Shown: piece by piece, positions 51,321 to 59,924 of the stretch
How positions within the stretch are numbered: the first letter of the stretch is position 1
Layout: the number at the start of each line of letters is the position of its first letter
Assembly: GCA_963664825.1 (NCBI GenBank)
Contig: OY761614.1
Span: 1,472,001 to 1,536,000 of the forward strand
DNA from: an uncultured Holophaga sp.
GTDB taxonomy: Bacteria; Acidobacteriota; Holophagae; Holophagales; Holophagaceae
Direction: 5' to 3'
DNA length: 64,000 bases
The notes under the pieces: model-generated
The model's input: only the letters and a program-made list of their open reading frames with translations
Told to the model about the DNA's origin: nothing
The model's database searches: none
Program-made: the position numbers and the translations under genes

Positions 51321-51991
51321 TCGGACAACCCCTGTCCATTTCCAATCTCCACAAGACCTATCCCGGCGCCGAACACCCCGTGTTCCATGGCTACGATCTG
51401 GACGTGGAAGCTGGCGGCCTCTGCGCCGTGGTGGGCGTCTCTGGCGTGGGCAAGACGACCCTGCTCAATTGCATCGCGGGCCTGGATACCTGGGAGGAGG
51501 GCCAGATCCAGGTGAATGGCGAGGCCGTGCCCAAGGGCGATCTGGAGGCCCTGGCGCTCTTCCGACGCAAGCATGTGGGGTTGGCCTTCCAGCAGCCCCA
51601 TCTCCTGCCTGAATTCACGGTGCTGGAGAACCTCCTGATGCCTCTGCGCATCGATGGCACCCTGGTGGCCGACCACGAGGCCTGGGCCATGGAACTCCTG
51701 GCCCATGTGGGCACGGCGGATCTGGCAGGGCGACTTCCCGGCACCCTCAGCGGGGGGCAGGCGGCCCGGGTGGGACTGGTGCGCGCCCTGGTGCGCAAGC
51801 CCAGTCTCTGGCTGCTGGATGAGCCCACGGGCAATCTGGACCCCGAGACGGCCATGGAAGTCTTCGAGGTGCTCCTGAAACTCCACGGAGATCTTCAACC
51901 CACCACGCTGATGGTCACGCACAATCTGGATCTTGCGGAGCGCTGCCGACGCACGGTGCGGCTTGGAGTGGCCCTTCCCCCTCACGCCTAG
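51317..51991 (+). CDS. lolD: LolD-like ABC ATPase
   Basis: GVSGVGKTT, HLLPEFTVLEN, LSGGQ, LDEPTGNLD, MVTHN. Confidence 0.85.
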   Translation: MIGQPLSISNLHKTYPGAEHPVFHGYDLDVEAGGLCAVVGVSGVGKTTLLNCIAGLDTWEEGQIQVNGEAVPKGDLEALALFRRKHVGLAFQQPHLLPEFTVLENLLMPLRIDGTLVADHEAWAMELLAHVGTADLAGRLPGTLSGGQAARVGLVRALVRKPSLWLLDEPTGNLDPETAMEVFEVLLKLHGDLQPTTLMVTHNLDLAERCRRTVRLGVALPPHA

Positions 51992-52005
51992 GGGAACAGG
52001 AACCG

Positions 52006-53943
52006 GTGGTCACGAAACGATCGCCTATACTGAACCCTCCAGGAATCCCCATGAACCCTTCGGAGCCGATACCAGCCGTTCCTCCGCCCGAGCGGATTTT
52101 TGCCGCAGGTTTTTCTCCGGCCGGGATGAAGCAATTGATCCGGGCCTTTCCGGGTTTGGGGACCCTGATCGATGTCTCCCATGTCGGAGATGCCGATTTC
52201 GGAGTCATGAAGCCTGGCCCTCGGGATGTCTTCATCCTGGATAGCGGTTCCTTCAAGGAAGAGAATACTTCCTGGCTTCAGGGGTGCCTCGTCCAGATGC
52301 CGACGCTACCGAGCCTCGTCCGGGTCCCGCGGCAGGAAGCTGCGGGACTGCAGCGCTTTCTGCGCCTGGGCTTCGATGAGACTTTCTGGACGTTCAAGGA
52401 ACTCGCCCTGGCGCTGGCGCGTGCCTCCGCGCGAAGGCAGGCGGAGAGGGGCATCCATCCCGCGTTGTTCGTGGGTGGAGCGGCCGGGAAATTTGAGGGT
52501 CTGTTCCCGAACCTCTACGACTGGATCTACGTGATCAACGTGGCCGAGGATGGGACTTTCACCTTCGAGACGGTCAATCCCCCCTTGGGAGCCGGGTCCG
52601 GTTTTCTCAACCCCGATTTCTGTGGCAGGAAACCAGAGGACTGCCTCTCCAAGGTGAGTGGCCCCCTCCTCTGTTCCCACTTCGCGGCGGTTCTATCGGC
52701 GGGCTGCCCTCTTCAGTTCGAAGAGGAACATGCCGTTGAGGGTCGACCTCGGAATTTCCGCACCATTCTCACACCGGTCCACAACAAGTGGGGTCGGATT
52801 CATCGCATCGCGGCGATTTCGCGCGATATTACGGCCCTGAAGGAGGCTCAGGCGGCGCTCCATGCCAGCGAGGAACGTTTAAATCTGGCCCTGGAGGGCA
52901 CGCAGCAGAGCCTCTGGGACTGGGATCTGGTGAGTGGCGAAGTCTTCCGCAGTCCTCGCTGGCACTCCATGCTGGATCGCGAACCGGGGGAAATTGGGCC
53001 CACTCTGGAAGCGGGTTTTGAACAGATCCATCCCGATGATCGGGCCCAGGTCGAAGGTGCGATGAACGCGCACCTCGAGGGTCGACAGGCCCGGTTTCAG
53101 GCCGAGTATCGCCTCCGGACCCGGGGCGGTGAATGGATCTGGGTCTTTGATGCGGGGAAGGTCGTGGCTTGGGACGCGGAGGGACAACCTTCGCGTATGG
53201 CCGGCATGTGTACCGACATCACGGAGCGCCGGAGGGCCGAAGAATCCCTCCGGGCCCTGGTGGGCGGTGTGGTTCATGAGATTCGCAACCCCGTCTATGG
53301 CATCTCCATCAACCTGGATGCCCTGGAAGCGACCTTCGGGGAGGAGCCCCGCTATCGTCCCTTCGTCTTCGCGCTTAGGGAGAGTGCCGAGCGTATCGCC
53401 AGCCTCATGAATGACCTTAAGGATTACGGTGAGCCTCGGACTCTGAATCCGGAGCCCTGCCCCGTGCTCCCCCTATTGGAAGAGTCGGCTCGTGCCTGCG
53501 AGGGGCTGGTTGCGGAGCGCAAATCCCACCTGCGCATGGAGCTCGAAGAACCCCAATTGGTCCTGCCGCTGAACGCACGCCGCATGCACCAAGTCTTCCG
53601 GAATCTCTTCGAGAACGCCCTTCAGCATTCCTCAGTGGGCCAGGAAGTCCTTCTGCGGGGGCGCCGCGAATATGTGGAGGGCCAAGAATGGTGGGTCTTC
53701 ACAATCGAGGACCAGGGGCCTGGGTTTGCTCCGGACGCGATGGCGCGTGCCTTCGAGCCATTCTTTACGCGGCGCAAGGGGGGTACGGGTCTGGGGCTCT
53801 CTATCGTCAAGCGGGTAGTGGAGGAACACGGTGGGAGCGTCGAGGTCGCAAATCGGCTGGAGGGTGGGGCGATCATCACGGTGAAACTGCCTGCGCCTCG
53901 CCATTGGGGGTTTCTCATGAAGGAGGCGCAGGATGTCGTCTAA
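52006..53943 (+). CDS. Soluble PAS-domain sensor histidine kinase (start uncertain, possibly 52051)
   Basis: Two PAS/PAC regions (ISRDIT; WDWD...IHPDD...EYRLR...TDITER), HEIRNP, NLFENA, DQGPG, FFT, GTGLGL; no TM helix. Confidence 0.93.
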   Translation: MVTKRSPILNPPGIPMNPSEPIPAVPPPERIFAAGFSPAGMKQLIRAFPGLGTLIDVSHVGDADFGVMKPGPRDVFILDSGSFKEENTSWLQGCLVQMPTLPSLVRVPRQEAAGLQRFLRLGFDETFWTFKELALALARASARRQAERGIHPALFVGGAAGKFEGLFPNLYDWIYVINVAEDGTFTFETVNPPLGAGSGFLNPDFCGRKPEDCLSKVSGPLLCSHFAAVLSAGCPLQFEEEHAVEGRPRNFRTILTPVHNKWGRIHRIAAISRDITALKEAQAALHASEERLNLALEGTQQSLWDWDLVSGEVFRSPRWHSMLDREPGEIGPTLEAGFEQIHPDDRAQVEGAMNAHLEGRQARFQAEYRLRTRGGEWIWVFDAGKVVAWDAEGQPSRMAGMCTDITERRRAEESLRALVGGVVHEIRNPVYGISINLDALEATFGEEPRYRPFVFALRESAERIASLMNDLKDYGEPRTLNPEPCPVLPLLEESARACEGLVAERKSHLRMELEEPQLVLPLNARRMHQVFRNLFENALQHSSVGQEVLLRGRREYVEGQEWWVFTIEDQGPGFAPDAMARAFEPFFTRRKGGTGLGLSIVKRVVEEHGGSVEVANRLEGGAIITVKLPAPRHWGFLMKEAQDVV

Positions 53944-55285
53944 GCCCAAGATCCTCCTCATCGAGGATGATCCCTCCGTGCGCCACGGAATGGCGGCCTT
54001 CCTGCGGGCCAATGATCTGGACGTGGAGGAGGCCGAGGACTGCAAGCAGGCCATGGGACTCTTCCGGGCGGGCAACCACGATGTGGTGGTGGCCGACTAC
54101 AGCCTGCCGGATGGGACCTCGCTGGATATCCTTCCCCAGGTGAAGAAACTCAGCGAGGACACGCCCTTCATCATCCTTACGGCCCACGGTTCCATCGACC
54201 TAGCCGTGAGGGCCATCAAGGAGGGGGCCGAGCAGTTCCTGACGAAGCCTGTCGAGTCAAAGGCGCTCCTGGTCCTTGTGCAGCGCCTCCTGCAACAGCA
54301 GCGCCTGAGGAAGCGTCAGTTGGTGGTTGCTCGGGAACAACCCGCCGCCCTAAATCCCTTCCTCGGCGCCAGCCCGGCCATCCTGAACCTCCAGGAACAA
54401 GCCCGCCGCATGCTTGAGTGGGATAGTCCCATCCTCATCCTGGGGGAGACCGGCGCCGGAAAGGGCGTGCTCGCGCGCTGGATCCATGCGAACGGACCCA
54501 GGCGCGAGGAGGCCTTCGTCAACCTCAACTGTGCCGGGCTCAGCCGGGAACTGCTGGAGACGGAGCTCTTCGGCCACGAGCGAGGCGCCTTCACCGGGGC
54601 GGTCAACGCGAAACAGGGGCTCCTGGAAGTCGGACACAGGGGTGTCGTCTTCCTCGATGAGATTGGGGATATGGATCCCGCCATTCAGCCCAAGCTGCTG
54701 AAGGCCCTTGAGGAAAAGACCTTCCGGCGACTGGGCGATGTGCGCGATCGCCATGTGGATGTCCGTCTCATCGCCAGTACGAACCTGGATCTGGAAGAAG
54801 CCGTGCGCACCAAGAAATTCCGGGACGATCTCTACTATCGGGTCAGCACCCTCACCCTGCGCCTTCCGCCCCTGCGGGAGCGCCCCGAGGATATCCCCGT
54901 CCTGGCCAAGGCCATCCTGGGGAATGTGTGCGTGCGCATGGGAAAGGCGAAGGTGGAGCTCCGGTCCGATGCGGAGGCGCTTCTCCTGCATTATCCCTGG
55001 CCCGGCAATATCCGCGAACTGGCCAATGTCCTGGAACGGGCCATGATCCTGCAGCGGGGGGAGCGCCTCGAAGCGATCGATCTGGGTCTTCAGCCCCGGC
55101 GGAATTCGACTTCCGATGCGGGTGATAGTCTCCTCTCCCTGCGGGAGATGGAACGGCTTCATGTGGAGCGGGTCCTGCAGCGCACCAGTGGGAATGTGAC
55201 GGAGGCGGCCCAGATCTTGGGGTTGGCTCGGCGCACGCTCTACGATCGGATAAAGGCCCTGGGGATTGCCTCGCTGAAGGATTGA
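53933..55285 (+). CDS. Sigma-54-dependent response regulator (NtrC family)
   Basis: Receiver (IEDD, ADYSLPDG, TAHG, KP), GETGAGK, GAFTGA, FLDEI, WPGNIREL, C-terminal Fis-type HTH. Confidence 0.96.
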   Translation: MSSKPKILLIEDDPSVRHGMAAFLRANDLDVEEAEDCKQAMGLFRAGNHDVVVADYSLPDGTSLDILPQVKKLSEDTPFIILTAHGSIDLAVRAIKEGAEQFLTKPVESKALLVLVQRLLQQQRLRKRQLVVAREQPAALNPFLGASPAILNLQEQARRMLEWDSPILILGETGAGKGVLARWIHANGPRREEAFVNLNCAGLSRELLETELFGHERGAFTGAVNAKQGLLEVGHRGVVFLDEIGDMDPAIQPKLLKALEEKTFRRLGDVRDRHVDVRLIASTNLDLEEAVRTKKFRDDLYYRVSTLTLRLPPLRERPEDIPVLAKAILGNVCVRMGKAKVELRSDAEALLLHYPWPGNIRELANVLERAMILQRGERLEAIDLGLQPRRNSTSDAGDSLLSLREMERLHVERVLQRTSGNVTEAAQILGLARRTLYDRIKALGIASLKD

Positions 55286-55320
55286 GCGGCCCCCCGCACA
55301 GTTCATGCGGATTCCCGCAC
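55286..55320. promoter_or_regulatory. Putative upstream activator sequence 1 (tandem GCGG-N4-CCGC)
   Basis: GCGG-CCCC-CCGCAC at 55286 and GCGG-ATTC-CCGCAC at 55307, 21 bp apart; the same geometry recurs at 59714/59735. Confidence 0.75.
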
Positions 55321-55395
55321 AAGAGTGGGGTGGGCGAAGGGACTATGGCAACTGGACCTCTTGTTGTTTAAGCAGGTTAGCCATGGTCTGGGAGA

Positions 55396-55411
55396 TGGCC
55401 CGCCCTTTGCG
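55396..55411 (+). promoter_or_regulatory. Sigma-54 -24/-12 promoter
   Basis: TGGCCCG-CCCT-TTGCG; GG at 55397 and GC at 55409 at the canonical spacing. Confidence 0.8.
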
Positions 55412-55524
55412 TGAGCAGGCCAACCCCGGGTCTGCACCCAGGACGAGCCCTTTTTATCCATCTGCCCGCTTGAATTCGAGTGCCCAAGGGCAGCCGAACC
55501 ACTCCATCCATAGGAGGCAGGAAC

Positions 55525-56478
55525 ATGATCAGGAATGTCCTAAGCGGTTTACTGGTTGCGGGGCTAGTGGCCGCTCCCGGGAGTGTGTCCTGCGCGCAGG
55601 AACAACCCGGAGCGCTGTTCGCCAAGACAGTGGCGAAATATCCTGCCCCTCAGCTGGCGGATGTCGGGGGGCGAGAATACAAATGCCTCTTCAATATCGA
55701 GAAATTTTCCGAGGATCCCGATGTGGCCTTCAAGGATCTATGGGGCAAGATCAAGGCTGCTTCCGCCCAGGCCGGTTTCAAGGTGGAACAAAAGGAGAAG
55801 AAACACCTCAAGGTTGAGCGAGCCATCAAGGAATATTTCGATACGCCTGGGCAGGACCTGTGGAAGAAGGGCTATATTCTCCGCCTCACGACCAAGTTCA
55901 AGGACGGAGAAGAATCCCTGGCCGTGACCGTGAAGGCCACCGATGAGGACGCGGTTCGCTGCCTGTCCACGCCTCTGGTCGTGGTGGGGGCCAAGGGCAA
56001 GACCGAGGCCGAGGGGAATGTGGGTTTTGGTCCCCAGGGCCTCCTACGGGAGTACATCGAGAAGGGTTCCACCTTCCCCGTGACCCTCGAGCAGCTGGGA
56101 GCCCTGACGCTGGGTGATTTCGGCAAGTTCATGCCGGAACTCCTGAAGCTCGGGCTTCCCGCGGGCACGAAGCTCGTGGGCACGAAGGCCTATACATATC
56201 GTGTGAAACCCGGCGCCATCCTGCTGCCGGGCACCGAACCCTGCGGGATATCCATGGAAGCCTGGGCCCACAAGGATGGCGGCAAGCCCTTCCTCATGGA
56301 CTTCTCCTTCGGATATGGGGATCTCGACTTCTATGAATCCAGGGAAGTCCACGGGGCAGGCGAGGCCTTCATGCTCAAGGTCATCAACGGAGAGCTCAAG
56401 AACTTCCTCATGCCCAGTTCCGGGAGTTTCGGAGGCTCCAAGGTCCGCGTGCTCATGAATAGGCCCATTTCCAACTAG
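55525..56478 (+). CDS. Exported CYTH/triphosphate-tunnel-like protein
   Basis: AGGAGG SD; signal peptide; REYK, YFDT....L...GYILRL and VTVK resemble CYTH motifs. Confidence 0.7.
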   Translation: MIRNVLSGLLVAGLVAAPGSVSCAQEQPGALFAKTVAKYPAPQLADVGGREYKCLFNIEKFSEDPDVAFKDLWGKIKAASAQAGFKVEQKEKKHLKVERAIKEYFDTPGQDLWKKGYILRLTTKFKDGEESLAVTVKATDEDAVRCLSTPLVVVGAKGKTEAEGNVGFGPQGLLREYIEKGSTFPVTLEQLGALTLGDFGKFMPELLKLGLPAGTKLVGTKAYTYRVKPGAILLPGTEPCGISMEAWAHKDGGKPFLMDFSFGYGDLDFYESREVHGAGEAFMLKVINGELKNFLMPSSGSFGGSKVRVLMNRPISN

Positions 56479-56531
56479 AACCTGGACGACGGGTGACCCG
56501 TGTCCATTTCGGAATGATCCGGAGGAACTTG

Positions 56532-57425
56532 ATGATGCGAAATCTTTACAAGACCCTTCTCGGCGGACTGCTCTTCGGCGCGGCTCTGCCCGGCATGGCG
56601 GAGGATCCGGCCAAGCTGGACGCAATGTTCGGCACCCTCTCACAGCCGGCCTACATCAAGCACTACGAGGCCACCCTCCAGGGGAAGGTGATCCTGAACC
56701 CCTACCTCCAGGCGGCCTCCAAGGATTTCCCCGCCATCCTGGACATCAAGATGGCGCCCTACAACTGGGTCATCGATGCGGAAGGGCGCGTGGCCATTGC
56801 TCCCGAGGCGGCCCATCCCCTGGGGCGGACCTACCCCCAGGGCTTCTTCCGCCCCGAGGACCAATCCAAGCGCAAACCCGGTACCCGGGAGAACTTCGGT
56901 CATGTGTCGATGCTGGGAGGCGCTCCCGGGCGCATCAGCGGGGAGATCCTCTTCGACAAGGAGAGCAGATCCTGGACCATCAACAACAAATCCGGGCGCT
57001 ACAGCAAGCACAACACGGACCGCACAGCCGAGCAGATGTTCCAGGCCGGGAAGCTGATCCGCGAGGTGGTGGATCCCGGCGAAGCCACCTGGGGGCCCGT
57101 GTTCTACCTGCTGGAATATGCGCCGGCGACGGAAGTCGAGAGGCTCATGAAGAGCCCAGAGCTCTCCTACGATGATGTCAAGAAGAAGAGCAGGCCCCAC
57201 GTCATCGTGATGCCGGCCCTGGAGACATCCAAGGCGGAGAAGAAAGCCTTGAGTCTGGAGGAAAAGAAGGCAACGAAGGCCGAAAAGAAGGTGGATACCA
57301 AGGCCGAGAAGAAGTCCGACGCGAAGGTCGAAAAGAAGGATGACGCCAAGGCCGAGAAGAAGCCCGACGCGAAGGTGAAGAAGGTCAAGAAGCCCAAGGC
57401 TGCCCAGAACGACGATCCATCCTAG
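56532..57425 (+). CDS. Exported hypothetical protein with a Lys/Glu/Asp-rich repeat tail
   Basis: GGAGGA SD; signal peptide; GHVSMLGG...SGE...NNKSGRY core; KAEKKxDx repeats. Confidence 0.8.
   Translation: MMRNLYKTLLGGLLFGAALPGMAEDPAKLDAMFGTLSQPAYIKHYEATLQGKVILNPYLQAASKDFPAILDIKMAPYNWVIDAEGRVAIAPEAAHPLGRTYPQGFFRPEDQSKRKPGTRENFGHVSMLGGAPGRISGEILFDKESRSWTINNKSGRYSKHNTDRTAEQMFQAGKLIREVVDPGEATWGPVFYLLEYAPATEVERLMKSPELSYDDVKKKSRPHVIVMPALETSKAEKKALSLEEKKATKAEKKVDTKAEKKSDAKVEKKDDAKAEKKPDAKVKKVKKPKAAQNDDPS
57276..57383 (+). repeat. 24-bp coding tandem repeat (~4.5 copies; KAEKKxD[T/A])
   Basis: AAGG[C/T]CGA[A/G]AAGAAG units start at 57276, 57300, 57324 and 57348, with a partial unit at 57372. Confidence 0.85.
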
Positions 57426-57471
57426 GCCTCGCTCGGATCCCTTTCCTTCAAAACCAAGGAGCTGAAACAAC

Positions 57472-58236
57472 ATGAAAAAGAACTGGCTGAATCCTTATGG
57501 GTACGCGATTGCCCTCGCCTTGGGCGCCTGCCTGAGCCTTCCAGGGCTCGCCCAGACCACCGACCAGGTGCATGTGGTCAAGGGTGAGAAGAACTTCCTG
57601 ACGGGCTATGACCCCGTCAATGTGGATGGGACGGTCAACGCCATTGTCGAGATCCCCGCGGGGACCACCGCCAAGTACGAGACCGACACCAAGACGGGGA
57701 TGATGGCGATCGAGCAGAAGAATGGTGCTCCTCGCTTCGTGAAGTATCTCGGCTACCCGGCCAACTACGGCCTCATTCCCCGCAGCGTCCTCTCCAAGGC
57801 CAAGGGCGGTGATGGCGATCCCCTGGACGTGATCGTGCTCGGCGCGGCCATCCCCACAGGCACCGTCGTGAAGTGCCGCGCCCTGGGCGTATTGGTCCTG
57901 GTGGATGGCGGAGAGACGGACGACAAGCTCATCCTGGCCCCCGTGAATTCGCCCTTCGCGACCTGCAAGGGCATCGAGGATCTGGACAAGAAATTTCCGG
58001 GTGTGACCACCATCCTGAAGACCTGGTTCACGTCCTACAAGGGTTATGACAAGGATGGCAAGCTGGTCCTCTCCAGCAAGGGCTTCAAGTCCCGCAAGGA
58101 CGCCATCAAGCTCATCGGAGATGCCGTCCTGGACTACGAGATGTCCGTGACGACCGATGCCGATCGGCGTCCGCTCGACGAGAAGGGCAACCCCAGGCTC
58201 TACCGGTGGCCTCTGGCGAAGAACCTGGGTGAATGA
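57472..58236 (+). CDS. ppa: Family I inorganic pyrophosphatase with signal peptide
   Basis: IVEIPAG..AKYE, YPANYG.IPRS, DGDPLDV, D.GETDDK, WFTSYK; N-terminal AIALALGACLSLPGLA. Confidence 0.9.
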   Translation: MKKNWLNPYGYAIALALGACLSLPGLAQTTDQVHVVKGEKNFLTGYDPVNVDGTVNAIVEIPAGTTAKYETDTKTGMMAIEQKNGAPRFVKYLGYPANYGLIPRSVLSKAKGGDGDPLDVIVLGAAIPTGTVVKCRALGVLVLVDGGETDDKLILAPVNSPFATCKGIEDLDKKFPGVTTILKTWFTSYKGYDKDGKLVLSSKGFKSRKDAIKLIGDAVLDYEMSVTTDADRRPLDEKGNPRLYRWPLAKNLGE

Positions 58237-58333
58237 TTCCGTCCTGACCCGCGAGGGTGATGGGCTGTTTGCCGGGGAGATGGGGCAACCCCTCCCCGGC
58301 ACCCCTGTTCGGCGGCAATTCTAAGAGGATTCC

Positions 58334-58825
58334 ATGTTCAAGAGCGCCCTGCTGGTCCTGCTTTTTTCCCTCGGGCTCATGGCGCAGGAGGGCACGATCA
58401 TCCTGCTGCGCCACGCGGAGAAGACATCGAGGCTGGATTGCGCTGAACTATCCGCCAAGGGCCATCTTCGGGCCGTCTCCCTGGCCGAAGAACTGTCGCC
58501 CATGAGGCCCGTCGCGCTCTTCGCCACGGAATTCATCCGCACTCGGCAGACCCTCGAACCCCTGGCGCGGCGTCTCGCCATTCCGGTCCAGGTGAGGAGG
58601 CGGGATGAGGGAGAGAACCTGGCCCGGGAGATCCTGCAGGAATACCGAGGCCGGACCGTGGTCGTCTGCACCCACTCCGACCGCGTGGCTCCTCTCCTGG
58701 AGGCCTTGGGCCATCCCACCGACTTGGCTGAAGTCCGGGAGTTCGACCGGATCTGGATTCTGCATGTGAGCCCGAATGGCACGACGCGTATCGAGGAACG
58801 CCGGCAGAAGGCTCTGCCTCGGTAG
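58334..58825 (+). CDS. Histidine phosphatase (SixA/PGM superfamily) with signal peptide
   Basis: LLRHAEK, LS.KG..RA, RTRQT, VVCTHS. Confidence 0.88.
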   Translation: MFKSALLVLLFSLGLMAQEGTIILLRHAEKTSRLDCAELSAKGHLRAVSLAEELSPMRPVALFATEFIRTRQTLEPLARRLAIPVQVRRRDEGENLAREILQEYRGRTVVVCTHSDRVAPLLEALGHPTDLAEVREFDRIWILHVSPNGTTRIEERRQKALPR

Positions 58826-58880
58826 ACATGGGGACCTTGGCCTGCCCTGAGTGGGTGGGATTGTCGGTGGAGACCTCCTG

Positions 58881-59741
58881 ATGGATCGCGCGGTTCTTCT
58901 GATGATTGGACTCTCCCTTCCCCTGGCGGGCTGGGGACCCAAGGGCCATCGCATAGCGGCGGAGGGGGCTCTCCGCACCCTCCCGCCGGAGTTGCGGAGC
59001 TGGTATGCGGGTCACGAAACCCGCTTCCAGGAGGCGGCCCTGGCTCCCGACCAGTGGAAGGAGGAGGATCCCAAGGAGGCTGCCCGCCACCATATCCGTG
59101 TCGAAGCCTACGGGGGACCCGATCGGATTCCCTTCGAGGCCGAGGAAGCCATCCGCAGGGCCGGGGACTCGGTATTCGTGATGGCTGGCCAGCTCCCGTG
59201 GGTCATCGGGGACCGGTACCATCGCCTCGTCGAGGCCTTCCGGTCTCGTGACTCCCTGCGTGTGGTCGATGAAAGCGCCTGGCTCTGCCACTATGTGGCC
59301 GATGCCCAGGTTCCCCTGCATACGACACGGAACCATGATGGCAAGAAGACGGGCCAGAAAGGGGTACATGGCCGGTGGGAGAAGGGGCTCGTGGAATGGA
59401 AGATGAAGACGTTGACCGAGCTTCGACCCGCGCGCCCACCCCAGGATCCCTCCCGGGTGGCATGGACTTGGGTGAGTGAGTCCTATGCCCAGGTGCCAGG
59501 GCTCTTGGAGGGCGACCGCGAGGCGCTTCGCCGCGCTGATCCGGTGGATCCGGGGTCTCCCAAAAATGACAGTTACTGGCTTTTCTTTTGGGAACACGAG
59601 CAGGCGTCGGTCGTGCGGCAATTGAGGCGTTCGGCCGAACGCACTGGGGATCTCGTGCTGGCCGCCTGGATGAAGGCCGGGGAACCGTCATGCCTGGCGG
59701 GAAGGGCCTTTGCGCGGGACTCCGCACGGGAAGTGCGGTAA
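58881..59741 (+). CDS. S1/P1 nuclease / Zn-dependent phospholipase C-like protein, exported
   Basis: Signal peptide, then mature WGPKGH; PD, HHI, G.LPW, HYVADAQVPLH, HGRWE Zn ligands. Confidence 0.85.
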   Translation: MDRAVLLMIGLSLPLAGWGPKGHRIAAEGALRTLPPELRSWYAGHETRFQEAALAPDQWKEEDPKEAARHHIRVEAYGGPDRIPFEAEEAIRRAGDSVFVMAGQLPWVIGDRYHRLVEAFRSRDSLRVVDESAWLCHYVADAQVPLHTTRNHDGKKTGQKGVHGRWEKGLVEWKMKTLTELRPARPPQDPSRVAWTWVSESYAQVPGLLEGDREALRRADPVDPGSPKNDSYWLFFWEHEQASVVRQLRRSAERTGDLVLAAWMKAGEPSCLAGRAFARDSAREVR

Positions 59742-59748
59742 TCCGCGC
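59714..59748. promoter_or_regulatory. Putative upstream activator sequence 2 (tandem GCGG-N4-CCGC)
   Basis: GCGG-GACT-CCGCAC at 59714 and GCGG-TAAT-CCGCGC at 59735, 21 bp apart. Confidence 0.75.
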
Positions 59749-59822
59749 GATGCCCAGTGCGAGGGCCTCCCGTTCGTTTCTGTAAGGCTTTATGAATCAA
59801 GGAGAAAGATGCGCGGGCCAGC

Positions 59823-59839
59823 TTGGCATGGCATCTGCT
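59823..59839 (+). promoter_or_regulatory. Sigma-54 -24/-12 promoter
   Basis: TTGGCATG-GCAT-CTGCT; GG at 59825 and GC at 59837. Confidence 0.82.
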
Positions 59840-59924
59840 CAACTCCTTTCCAAGGAAGATCGCTTCCTTCATCCTCTTACTCCCATTCCGCCCTGCGGCG
59901 GTGCCCTGTCCACCAGGAGAACCC

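Noticed and set aside
57276..57383. 24-bp tandem repeat as a CRISPR array
   Set aside because: The repeat is in frame within a CDS, has no unique spacers and no cas genes nearby.
55340..59800. IHF sites between the enhancers and promoters (~55360-55380 and ~59775-59800)
   Set aside because: Both spacers have AT-richer patches, but the match to WATCAANNNNTTR is too weak to call.
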